The notes under the pieces: model-generated
What the model was told of the DNA's origin: nothing
The model's database searches: none
The model's input: only the letters and a program-made list of their open reading frames with translations
Assembly (NCBI GenBank): GCA_965223265.1
Contig: OZ244999.1
Coordinates: forward strand, 4,928,001 to 4,992,000
Direction: 5' to 3'
Origin: Planctomycetota bacterium
Lineage (GTDB): Bacteria; Planctomycetota; UBA8108; SXIK01
Length of the DNA stretch: 64,000 nt
In this document: positions 19,242 to 28,350 of the stretch, one piece after another
Layout of the letters: the number at the start of each line of letters is the position of its first letter
Position numbering within the stretch: position 1 is the first letter of the stretch
Program-made: the position numbers and the translations under genes

Positions 19242-22200
19242 ATGGCGGGTGTCTGGGCGTTTCTCGCGGCGCTTTCAGGGAGTACCCCACAGCTCGGTGC
19301 GCAAGTCGTCATCAACGAGATCCTGGCGCTCAACTACCGCTCCATCACCGACGAAGACGATGATCTTTCCGACTGGATCGAACTGCTCAACACTGGATCC
19401 GCCGCGGTCGACCTCGCCGGATACAGTCTCACCGACGACGAACACCAGCCGCGCAAGTGGATCTTTCCAACGCGCGTGCTGCGGCCAGGTGATCGTACCC
19501 TCGTCTGGTGCTCGGGAAAGGACAGGGTTCACTTGGATCCTGATCGTGTCCGCGACAAGAAGTTGAAGTTTAGCCCCACGCTCATCTCACTGGCGTCCCC
19601 ATGGCACGTCTTGGCCGGTTTACCGAACGAGACTGGACCGCCGGTCGGGTGGGAGACGCCAGACTTCGACGATACGAGCTGGACAAGCGGTCCAGCCGGC
19701 ATCGGATATGGAATCGAGGGCGTCCAAACGGAAGTTCCCGAAGGATCGACGGCGGCGTTTCTTCGCACTTCGTTTCGCTTAGACAGCGAGTTTACCTTAC
19801 CGAATCTGGTCTTTCAGACACGGTTCGATGACGGCTTCGCGCTGTTTCTCAACGGCGAACGCGTTCTCAGTGTCAACGTGCGTGACGGAGATGAGCTGAC
19901 GTTCGCCAGTCGATCGCTGCGCTCCAGCAACCCACACTTGACGATCCGCTACGATCTGACCGAGTCAATGAACCTGCTGAGACCTGGCGAAAACGTCGTC
20001 GCCATCGCTCTATTGAATCTTCGCGAGACGAGCATCGACATGGCGATTTTTCCGGAGCTCGGCAGTGTCGAACAGGCGCTCCACACGAACTTTGGGCTGT
20101 CGAGAGACGGAGACGAGGTCTATTTGGTCGACCCTATGGGTAGGCTGCAAGACGGTGTCGAGTTCCCCGCGCAAACGCGCGACCAAACGTACGCACGGTC
20201 TCCGGACGGGTTCGGATCGTTCTTCTTTCATCTGAATCCAACCCCCCTCATGCCAAACGTCGGGCCGATCGCAGAAATGGCACTGACGACAAGATCGCCG
20301 ACGGCGAGCGAAACGCGTGGATTCTACACGGAGCCGCTTCTCGTCGAGCTGTCGACCGACGAACAAGGGGGCGAGATCCGGTACACTCTCGACGGACGGG
20401 ACCCGACGACAGCGGAGTCTTTGATCTACAGCGTCCCTATCCTGATCGATCGCACGACCGTGTTGCGGGCGGCCACGCTTCGCGTCGGTTCGGCACCTTC
20501 CCTTCCAATCACTCAAACGTATCTCTTCGTCGCCGACATCGCTGGTCAGCCAGCAATGGACCCGAGGATCACCGAGATCGAACGCTATCAAGACGAGATC
20601 GCGCCGGCGCTGACAGCCCTCCCGACTGTTTCTATAGCGACGTCGCAAGAGATCGCCGCGGACCGGGAAGTCGACGCCTCGATCGAACTGCTCGACCCAA
20701 ACGGCGAGCTGGAGTTTCACATCGACGCTGGCGTGCGCTACGTCGGCGGCCATTCCATTGGCTTTCCAAAGAAGAGCATGCGGCTCTTCTTTCGTGGCCG
20801 CTACGGAACCTCCACGCTCGATTATCCAATTTTCGCAGACACCAAATATGGCGAAGGTGCAGCCACGTCCTTCGATCAGCTGCAGCTTCGATCCGGCTCT
20901 CACGATTCCGTCTTCTACCTGGGATCCGCGCAGCAAAGCCCCGCCGACGCCCAGTACCTTCGCAATCGCTGGATGTCCGACATGCAGTTTGAGATGGGGC
21001 ATCTCTCCATTCACGGACGTTTCGTGCACGTCTACCTCAACGGCACGTATTGGGGGCAGTACCACCTCATGGAGCGACCGACGGCGAGCTTCATGGCGTC
21101 CTACGCCGGTGGCAACAAGGAAGACTACGAAGCCGTCAATTCAGGCCGCGGCTTGGGTGAATCAGCTCCGATCTGGGAGAGCGTGCGAACGCTCCGCGAA
21201 AACTACGCAGAGCTATCGCGGCGTATCGATTTCGAAAACTTCGCCGACTACATCCTGCTCAACTTCTATGCAGGAAACGACTGGGACTGGAATCCCAACC
21301 AAAACTGGATGGCGGCCGGGCCGACACGCGTCGATCGCGGTGGATACAAGTTCTTCGCCTGGGACTCGGACATCATCTTCCGACGTACGCGCGACCACAA
21401 CCTCAACCGCGGTGGGCCCGAGAACCTACTTCGTTCTCTGTTCGAAAACGAAGAATTCCGCGTTCTCTTCATGGATCAAGCTCACGCCCTATTCTTTAAC
21501 GACGGCGTGCTGACTCCGCAGAGAGTCGAGGACTCCTATCTCGATCGTGCGAAGGAGATTCGCATGTCGATCGTCGCCGAGACCGCTCGGTGGCAAAACG
21601 GTATGTTGTGGACACGTGACATCAATTGGCTTCGCGAACTCGAGCGCCTGCGCACCGAGTTTTTTCCGCAACGGACGGCCATCGTCGTCGATCAGCTCCA
21701 ACGTGCGGGGTGGTATTCGGCTGTCGAGGCGCCGGTATTCGTGCCGCAGCACGGCGGCGTGATCGACGCGGGGTTTGTCGTCTCCCTCACATCCATCGGC
21801 GGTGAAATCTATTACACCCTCGACGGCACAGACCCGCGGCTGACCGACGGCAGCATTTCGCCGCAGGCCCGGCTCTATCGCGTACCCCGCTCCGTAGTTG
21901 TCGACTCCCGAAGTCCGGCGCGAATTCTCGTGCCAACCGATGAGAGTCTCGGTCTCACCTGGACTCAACCCGACTTTGTCGACTCGCATTGGCTGGCGGG
22001 TTCCGCCGCGGTCGGCTACGAACTCGACAGCACTTACGACGAATTCATCGAAACAGACCTCGAAGCACAAATGAAGGATCGGAGCACGTCGGCCTACATC
22101 CGCATTCCATTCACGGTCGACGACGTCGAAAACGTCGTGCGCCTGACGCTCGCCTTGCGACTCGACGATGCTTTTGTCGCCTACCTAAACGGAGTCCGCG

Positions 22201-23318
22201 TTGCCTCACGAAATGCGCCAGAGGACCCGAGATGGGACTCCCAAGCACGATTCACGCCACCGGATCAAACCGCATCGATTCTGCAGCGAATGGAACTGGA
22301 AGATGCCGTCCCTGCGCTCCTCCGTGGCCGCAACGTTCTGGCAATTCATGGCATCAACCGCCGTACGAACGACCGCGATTTTCTCATTGTTCCCCAGCTT
22401 GCACGAGAGGACTCTTCGGGCGATGCTTTCGCTCTCGACGTGACAACTCGCGTCCGTGCGCGGACGATCCTCGATGGCGAGTGGAGCGCACTGACCGATG
22501 CGACATTCGCCATCCCATCGCCCCTACGGGTGACCGAGATCATGTTCAACCCCGCGCCTCCGACGCTCATCGCTGGCGCCCTCGACGCGCAGCAGTTCGA
22601 GTTCGTCGAACTGCAGAACGTCAGCGAAACCCCCTTCGACCTCGCCGGCATGTATGTCGGAGGTGGGATCGAATTCTCGTTCGCTGACGCCCCCGTCCAC
22701 GAACTGTTGCCCGGCGAATTCGTCCTCCTGGTCAAGAACTTCGATGCCTTCTCGCAGCGTTACGACACTCGTGGGATGACAATTGCTGGTGAATACGCCG
22801 GCAAGCTCAACAACGACGGCGAATCGTTCTCTCTCGTCGGACCGGGCGATGCCGTCTTCGCGAACGTTTCCTTCGACGAATCGTGGTTTTCGGAGACTGC
22901 AGGCGAGGGATACTCGCTCGTGCTGCGCGAAGATGTTCGACCGCCGATCGCCTTTGGCAAGCAGAGCAGCTGGCGACCGAGCGACTTGATCCACGGTTCG
23001 CCCGGACAGAACGACCGCGCGCCGCCCCCGTTCGGCTGGCAAATCCCTGGAGATCTCGACCAAAGCGGCCGTCTCAACGTCTCCGATGCGATCGCTCTGC
23101 TGCGAGTCTTCACGCAGCCGTTCCCAACCCTGCCATGCGGCGACGATCTCGACACGATCGGCCATCGACAGCTCCTCGACCTGAACTCCGACCAAACGCT
23201 CGACCTTGCAGACGGCGTTTTCATGCTGAGCTATCTCTTTCAGCGCGGACCTGAACCGCGGCTGGGGACAAGCTGTCAACCGCTGGCGGGCTGTCCGAAC
23301 CTTTGTGCGGGCGGGTGA
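19242..23318 (+). CDS. Secreted lamin-tail-domain / CotH kinase / Fn3-associated protein with C-terminal dockerin-like domain
   Basis: VVINEILALN...SDWIELLN and VTEIMFNP...EFVELQN (LTD); IRYTLDG.DP (Fn3-associated); KKSMRLFFR, HVYLNGTYWGQYHLMER, DWDW...NW, FFAWDSD (CotH); C-terminal GDLDQSG.LNVSDA. Start may be GTG 19146. Confidence 0.85.
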   Translation: MAGVWAFLAALSGSTPQLGAQVVINEILALNYRSITDEDDDLSDWIELLNTGSAAVDLAGYSLTDDEHQPRKWIFPTRVLRPGDRTLVWCSGKDRVHLDPDRVRDKKLKFSPTLISLASPWHVLAGLPNETGPPVGWETPDFDDTSWTSGPAGIGYGIEGVQTEVPEGSTAAFLRTSFRLDSEFTLPNLVFQTRFDDGFALFLNGERVLSVNVRDGDELTFASRSLRSSNPHLTIRYDLTESMNLLRPGENVVAIALLNLRETSIDMAIFPELGSVEQALHTNFGLSRDGDEVYLVDPMGRLQDGVEFPAQTRDQTYARSPDGFGSFFFHLNPTPLMPNVGPIAEMALTTRSPTASETRGFYTEPLLVELSTDEQGGEIRYTLDGRDPTTAESLIYSVPILIDRTTVLRAATLRVGSAPSLPITQTYLFVADIAGQPAMDPRITEIERYQDEIAPALTALPTVSIATSQEIAADREVDASIELLDPNGELEFHIDAGVRYVGGHSIGFPKKSMRLFFRGRYGTSTLDYPIFADTKYGEGAATSFDQLQLRSGSHDSVFYLGSAQQSPADAQYLRNRWMSDMQFEMGHLSIHGRFVHVYLNGTYWGQYHLMERPTASFMASYAGGNKEDYEAVNSGRGLGESAPIWESVRTLRENYAELSRRIDFENFADYILLNFYAGNDWDWNPNQNWMAAGPTRVDRGGYKFFAWDSDIIFRRTRDHNLNRGGPENLLRSLFENEEFRVLFMDQAHALFFNDGVLTPQRVEDSYLDRAKEIRMSIVAETARWQNGMLWTRDINWLRELERLRTEFFPQRTAIVVDQLQRAGWYSAVEAPVFVPQHGGVIDAGFVVSLTSIGGEIYYTLDGTDPRLTDGSISPQARLYRVPRSVVVDSRSPARILVPTDESLGLTWTQPDFVDSHWLAGSAAVGYELDSTYDEFIETDLEAQMKDRSTSAYIRIPFTVDDVENVVRLTLALRLDDAFVAYLNGVRVASRNAPEDPRWDSQARFTPPDQTASILQRMELEDAVPALLRGRNVLAIHGINRRTNDRDFLIVPQLAREDSSGDAFALDVTTRVRARTILDGEWSALTDATFAIPSPLRVTEIMFNPAPPTLIAGALDAQQFEFVELQNVSETPFDLAGMYVGGGIEFSFADAPVHELLPGEFVLLVKNFDAFSQRYDTRGMTIAGEYAGKLNNDGESFSLVGPGDAVFANVSFDESWFSETAGEGYSLVLREDVRPPIAFGKQSSWRPSDLIHGSPGQNDRAPPPFGWQIPGDLDQSGRLNVSDAIALLRVFTQPFPTLPCGDDLDTIGHRQLLDLNSDQTLDLADGVFMLSYLFQRGPEPRLGTSCQPLAGCPNLCAGG

Positions 23319-23498
23319 GCCACACGATCTCGCCCGAACCGAGCCGTTACGCCCGTAATTCAGCGAACTCTCAGCAGTTGCTGACTTTTCAAGTTTTCGA
23401 CTGCGGTCCTCTCTCCCTGATTGCGCAGGAAGTGTTGCGGCGACGACGTGTCGCCACTTGTCCACCTGCCTGGCAATACCGAAGAAAGGACCCCTGCC

Positions 23499-25022
23499 AT
23501 GACTCGCCCCCGTACTCAAACCACGATCTCCCCAGTCGTCGCAATCGTCGCTCTCCTCAGCGGTGCTTCGCATGCAACCCTCGACGCGCAGTGCTTCCCG
23601 GATCCGATCGCGATCGAGCTACCGAACTACGCGCCGGCGGTGGGAGGCTGGAGCGTCGCAAACCATCCGCGCCTTCTCGGTGACGTCGACGGTGACGGCC
23701 TCGACGACATCGTCGGCTTCGGCAACGCTGGCACTTACGCCTCATTTTCTTCCGGCGAAGCGTTCTCAGCTCCGTCTCGGATCATCGACGGTTTCGGGTA
23801 CAACAACGGCAGCTGGCGCGTGACGAAGAACCCGCGCATGCTCGGCGACATCAACGGTGATGGCCGGTTAGACGTCGTCGGCTTCGCCAACGCTGGAGTT
23901 GCCGTGTCGTTTTCCACCGGACGCAGCTTCACACCGCTCAAGGTTCTGGTCAAAAGCTTCGGCTATGACGCTGGAGGCTGGCGCGTCGGAAGACACCCAC
24001 GCATGCTGGCGGACGTCGACGGCGACGGCATGGATGACGTTGTCGGCTTCAGCTCAGCTGGAGTCGATGTCTCGTTCTCGCAAGGAGAGACGCTCAACGC
24101 CCCCCAACGTCTCATCGACACCATCTTCGCCTCCTCCACGTGGCTCGTCAGTCGCCATCCTCGGATGCTCGGAGACGTCAACGGCGACGGCAAAGACGAT
24201 GTCGTCGGCTTCGCTGATAACGGCGTTTGGATCGCTCTTTCGAGCGGACGCGTCTTTCAAGCTCCAAGGCACGTCTCGTCGGCGTTCGGACGCGTGTCCG
24301 GTGGTTGGCAGGTGAGTCATCACCCCCGCATGCTCGCCGACGTCGACGGTGACGGCAAAGACGACATCGTCGGCTTCGGGACCGCCGGCGTCTACGTCGC
24401 GTTCTCCACGAGCACCGTATCGGAAGTGTCTGTCGAACGACCGAGACTCATGGTCAACTCCTTCGGCTACAAGCACGGTTGGCGCGTCGCAAGCCATCCT
24501 CGCTTCATGGCCGACGTGAACGGTGACGGCAAAGCAGATGTGGTTGGGTTCGGAAACGCCGGCGTCCACATCGGCCTCTCTGTGGGGAACCGATTCACTG
24601 CGCCGCTCTTTGCGGTCCAGGGGATGGGCGCGAACGCCGGCAACTGGAAGATCGACAGACACCCGCGCATGCTCGCCGACGTCAACGGCGACGGCCGCTC
24701 TGACATTGTCGGTTTCGCCGAGGCTGGCGTTGTCGCACTCCGTTCCCGCGACTGCCCGGAGTTTCGGCGCGGCGACACCAACGACGACGGCGAGCAAACG
24801 ATCGACGACGTCCTCAACCTTCTCACAGGCGACGGAATCGTTTGCGACGACGCAGCCGACGTCGACAACGACGGTGCCGTGACGGTGAGCGACGCCGTTC
24901 TCTTGATCAACGTGCTCTTCAAAGACGCTGACCCTCCTGCGGGGTATCGCATCTGTGCTCCGGATCCGATCGAACCGGTCGATTTCCTCGGCTGTGACGC
25001 ACACAGCAGCTGTTCCGAGTAA
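23499..25022 (+). CDS. Seven-bladed FG-GAP beta-propeller resembling PVL-type lectins, plus C-terminal dockerin-like domain
   Basis: Seven repeats of W.V..HPRM.(A/G)DV.GDG..D(I/V)VGF; signal peptide; AAGGA RBS; C-terminal RRGDTNDDG...DVDNDGAVTVSDA. Confidence 0.85.
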   Translation: MTRPRTQTTISPVVAIVALLSGASHATLDAQCFPDPIAIELPNYAPAVGGWSVANHPRLLGDVDGDGLDDIVGFGNAGTYASFSSGEAFSAPSRIIDGFGYNNGSWRVTKNPRMLGDINGDGRLDVVGFANAGVAVSFSTGRSFTPLKVLVKSFGYDAGGWRVGRHPRMLADVDGDGMDDVVGFSSAGVDVSFSQGETLNAPQRLIDTIFASSTWLVSRHPRMLGDVNGDGKDDVVGFADNGVWIALSSGRVFQAPRHVSSAFGRVSGGWQVSHHPRMLADVDGDGKDDIVGFGTAGVYVAFSTSTVSEVSVERPRLMVNSFGYKHGWRVASHPRFMADVNGDGKADVVGFGNAGVHIGLSVGNRFTAPLFAVQGMGANAGNWKIDRHPRMLADVNGDGRSDIVGFAEAGVVALRSRDCPEFRRGDTNDDGEQTIDDVLNLLTGDGIVCDDAADVDNDGAVTVSDAVLLINVLFKDADPPAGYRICAPDPIEPVDFLGCDAHSSCSE

Positions 25023-25230
25023 GCGACGATCCGAGCCAGCGGTTGTCTAGAGCCTGCGCCACACACGTAGGCTCTCTTTGCATCGCGAACATGAGCGGCG
25101 CCTGCACCCCAGCGGTCGTGGAGCGACCACCCCGGGCTGCGGCGTGTGCTCCGGTAACGCTCGCCGTCGTTTGCTCAAGGCGGCAAGCTCAGTGTACTCT
25201 CGTGCGACGACGCAGATAGATGAGCTCTAA

Positions 25231-25408
25231 CAGCCCGTTGAAAAAGTCATTCGGCCGAGGAAACTGGCCTCTTCACGCCCAGCTCGACCGCGTCAATACT
25301 CGCCATCAGAATCGAAAAAAGAGGGCCCGAAGATTGCCTGCGTTTGCCGCGGCCGATCTGGACGCGAAGAGACCAGTTTTCGGCTCGAAGCACTTTTTCA
25401 ACAGGCTG
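25231..25408 (+). mobile_element. MITE copy 1 (178 bp; 17-bp terminal inverted repeats; CTAA target duplication)
   Basis: Left end cagcccgttgaaaaagt and right end actttttcaacaggctg are inverted at 16/17 nt; CTAA at 25227-25230 and 25409-25412; imperfect inverted arms of ~60 bp; homologous to 38239 and 41513. Confidence 0.85.
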
Positions 25409-25441
25409 CTAAGCACGGGACTCCGGATGGGACACAACACG

Positions 25442-25867
25442 ATGACGAAGCAGACGAAACACCCTGGCGGAGCGTTCACGCTGATCGAGCTCATGATCGT
25501 CGTCGCTCTGATCGCCATTGTCGCAGCAGTGGCGATTCCCAGCCTCCTCCACGCCCGCAAGAGCGCCAACGAAACGACAGCGATCGGGTTTCTGCGGACC
25601 GCGGTGACAGTGAACGAGCAATACAAGACGCGCTTCCAAACGTACCCGGCGTCGGAGGTCGACCTGCAAGACGCCGGTCTCATCACAGATCAAGGCCCAC
25701 GAGGGTACGTGCTTGACTTCGTCACCACCGCGCATCGGTGGCGTTTGCGCGCCAACCCGGAAACGCCAGGCCAAACCGGTGATCGTTCGTTCTGGGTCGA
25801 TCAGTCTGGCGTCATTCGCTGGAGCGCCACCGGACCGGCCACATCAACGAGCCCTGCACTTGAGTGA
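25442..25867 (+). CDS. Type IV pilin / prepilin-type N-terminal methylation domain protein
   Basis: GAFTLIELMIVVALIAIVAAVAIP followed by AR..ANE..A...LR; TGDRSFWVDQSGVIR; start ATG 25442 or 25427. Confidence 0.85.
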   Translation: MTKQTKHPGGAFTLIELMIVVALIAIVAAVAIPSLLHARKSANETTAIGFLRTAVTVNEQYKTRFQTYPASEVDLQDAGLITDQGPRGYVLDFVTTAHRWRLRANPETPGQTGDRSFWVDQSGVIRWSATGPATSTSPALE

Positions 25868-25887
25868 CGCGGCCCCACCGAGCCGAC

Positions 25888-27135
25888 TCACCGCGTGGCC
25901 ACGAAGACGCTCGCCGAATGCAGAGAATACGCCCGTGTCGCCGCCGCAACGTCGGGGATCGAACGCACCCAAGAGAAACCTCGACGTTTGAGAAGTCGCT
26001 GCCATGACACACCATCCAAGAACCCCCATCGCAACCGATAGGGTGGTTCGGGAGACACTCTGCGAAATCTGTCGAGAAGCTGGAAGGTGAACTCAGGGTG
26101 CACGGGTTGGTCGACTTCCGGACGTATGCACTCTCCAATCAGTAAGCTTCCACCAGGTCGCAATGACCGGCGCAGCTCCCCGAGCGCGGCGTCCAGCTCG
26201 CCGACGGTATGAAGCACGTTGACGGCAACAATGACGTCGACGCTCTCAGGCTCGAGGCGCCAGCTCTCGGGTCGGTCGAGATCGAGGAGCTCGAAAGAAA
26301 CGCGGTGCATCGCTTCGATCCCTGGGGAGGCTAGTCGCTCGCGAGCTTTACTCAAGAACGTCGGTGCAATGTCGGTGACGTGGTACGACAGGTTCGACCC
26401 GACTTTCTCAAGAATCGCCTCAGCCGCGCTGCCGCAGCCGGCACCCACCTCGACAACGCGAATGCTCTCCTCCCTCGCAGGCTCGCGATCAAAAAGTTCG
26501 CGAAAAACGTGTGCCGTCAGCTCGTTGATCGGTGCGTACAGAGGATTCTCTCGGGAAAAATAGCGTTCCCACGTCGCGGCTCGATCAGCAGAAAAGAATA
26601 TGCTGTCGGCTACGGCTGCGCCGCGAAGAAACCCCGGGAACTGAGCGGCGGCGAGGTCGACGAGGTCGAGCACCGGCGCCAAGCCTGAGTCAACGTCAAG
26701 CAGCGATCGACGAACGTCAGAGATCAGGTCGTCGAGCGCTTCCGGCAAGTGCCACCGGTCCGCCGCCAAGCTCACTGCCGGAGGCCCGTCACTATGCCCT
26801 TCGACGAGGTGCCCTTCGACCAGGTGCCCTTCGACCAGGCGCGAATGCAGAAGCTTCGTGATCAGCCAACGCCACGATTCGATTCTATCGGTGGCAATCC
26901 CATATCGAAGTGGCTCGAGTCCCGCGAGCGACAAGGCGGCGTCCGGCTCGACGCCACACGTGCGCAACACCATCAAAGTCTGTAAGTCGACGTAGGTGTT
27001 GACGTCTTCGTTGGTACAAAAAAACTGACTCGATCGAAGCGCCGGTGGAAGTTTCGCGAATGGCTCCAGGTCGATGCTCTCAAAGTCCATCGTACGATTT
27101 CGTTCGAGAAAGCGTGCGACATCGCGCTCTTTCAC
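25888..27135 (-). CDS. Stand-alone class I SAM-dependent methyltransferase resembling PKS C-methyltransferase domains
   Basis: VVEVGAGCGSA motif I, YHVTDIAPTFL, DVIVAVNVLH, LRPGG.LLIGE; start overlaps the ACP stop codon. Confidence 0.8.
   Translation of the reverse strand: MKERDVARFLERNRTMDFESIDLEPFAKLPPALRSSQFFCTNEDVNTYVDLQTLMVLRTCGVEPDAALSLAGLEPLRYGIATDRIESWRWLITKLLHSRLVEGHLVEGHLVEGHSDGPPAVSLAADRWHLPEALDDLISDVRRSLLDVDSGLAPVLDLVDLAAAQFPGFLRGAAVADSIFFSADRAATWERYFSRENPLYAPINELTAHVFRELFDREPAREESIRVVEVGAGCGSAAEAILEKVGSNLSYHVTDIAPTFLSKARERLASPGIEAMHRVSFELLDLDRPESWRLEPESVDVIVAVNVLHTVGELDAALGELRRSLRPGGSLLIGECIRPEVDQPVHPEFTFQLLDRFRRVSPEPPYRLRWGFLDGVSWQRLLKRRGFSWVRSIPDVAAATRAYSLHSASVFVATR
26795..26839. 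repeat. In-frame 15-bp tandem repeat x3 (LVEGH)3 inside the methyltransferase
   Basis: tgcccttcgacgagg tgcccttcgaccagg tgcccttcgaccagg. Confidence 0.85.
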
Positions 27136-27404
27136 CGCGCCGGGTCTCCCTTGCTTTCGAGGTAGCCCGCCAGCGTCGCGACACTCTGAAGGACACGCTC
27201 TCCTTCCTCCTGACTCTCGATTCGGACGCTGAACTCCTTCTCTACGCTGGCGACGACTTCGAGGACATCGATCGAGTCTAGTCCAAGCCCCTCGTCGCCG
27301 AACAGCGGATCCTCGTCACGGATTTCTGCGACCGGCGTCTGCAGCTTCAGTTGACGTACGAGCATCTCTTTGATCCGTTGTCTCAACTCTTCATCAGCAG
27401 GCAT
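27132..27404 (-). CDS. Acyl carrier protein (secondary-metabolism type)
   Basis: DPLFGDEGLGLDSIDVLE phosphopantetheine Ser motif; acidic 90 aa; AAGGA RBS. Confidence 0.92.
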   Translation of the reverse strand: MPADEELRQRIKEMLVRQLKLQTPVAEIRDEDPLFGDEGLGLDSIDVLEVVASVEKEFSVRIESQEEGERVLQSVATLAGYLESKGDPAR

Positions 27405-28350
27405 CTCGGGTGGTCCTTTCTTCAACTAACAGCCAACCACTACTCCCGGGTGCATCGTCAGCTGCCACTTCCAAACGAAACGGCAAAGACTCAGCACCAC
27501 GGGACCATCTCTCCATCCACTTTGCAACCGACACAAAGGGGAATACTCCACCTCCAGCGTGCTTCCAAAGCTGATCATGAGCAAGCATCTTTGACGCCTG
27601 TCTTGCCTCCATGCGGTCTTCAACATTCTGCATGGAATCGACGCCTACCCGGCACTCAACATGATGCGTGGCGTCGCCGCGCGAGAGGCAAAACGCGGCG
27701 GCTGCCCTGTCGACGTCAAGACCGTCGGCGAGAGAACTCTCGCGGCGGCGTCCGTGCAGAGGAGAGGAAAACACAGCCACAACCAGACGATCCAGACGTC
27801 GTAGCAACAGAAGGTCGCTGGCATGCTGCAAAGCATGGAACGCAGCGATCGCCCCACCGACCACCGTCGTCTGGTAGGACGTCAGGCCAAAGAGAAGCCC
27901 CAGGATCGAGCAACCGGTCGACGGTAAGGTGTGAAGGAACTCGCTCGGTCGTGGGATGTCGTCGGACGACGCGACGCACGCGAACCGCCGCGCCGCAGCC
28001 TCTGAAAACCCATCGTTGAGTACGATCAGACCGCCGTCCACCGCCGCACCGGAGCCGCGCTGCCACCAGCCCGCCGTCTCGAGCGCCGCCGCGACGACAG
28101 CCGGCAGCGGCGCGTACTCGGGCGCGATCTCGCGGCGACGACTCCATCGCCCCGGAAAGTCATCGACATGCGGCGCCCGACTCTCCGCCGCGAAACACTG
28201 CCATGGGGTTGTCGAATCCGCGGCTCCATCAAACACACCGCCGAAAAAATCCCCGTTTCGGATCGCGTAGGCGCCGGAATGCAGAACGACTCTTCGATCC
28301 TGATCGGTACGCGCCCCGCCCTCTCGCAGCCGCGACTGGCTCCCGCTCAT
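27394..28350 (-). CDS. Chain-length-factor-like / ketosynthase N-terminal-like protein (no catalytic residues)
   Basis: RPSEFLHTLPSTGCSILGLLFGLTSYQTTVVGG..AAFHALQHA..LL.....D resembles the CLF SP..F.....N motif region; coupled between KS and ACP. Confidence 0.6.
   Translation of the reverse strand: MSGSQSRLREGGARTDQDRRVVLHSGAYAIRNGDFFGGVFDGAADSTTPWQCFAAESRAPHVDDFPGRWSRRREIAPEYAPLPAVVAAALETAGWWQRGSGAAVDGGLIVLNDGFSEAAARRFACVASSDDIPRPSEFLHTLPSTGCSILGLLFGLTSYQTTVVGGAIAAFHALQHASDLLLLRRLDRLVVAVFSSPLHGRRRESSLADGLDVDRAAAAFCLSRGDATHHVECRVGVDSMQNVEDRMEARQASKMLAHDQLWKHAGGGVFPFVSVAKWMERWSRGAESLPFRLEVAADDAPGSSGWLLVEERTTRDAC

Noticed and set aside
25220-25441. N-terminal extension of the pilin ORF
   Set aside because: The extension runs through MITE copy 1; the prepilin motif places the start at 25427 or 25442
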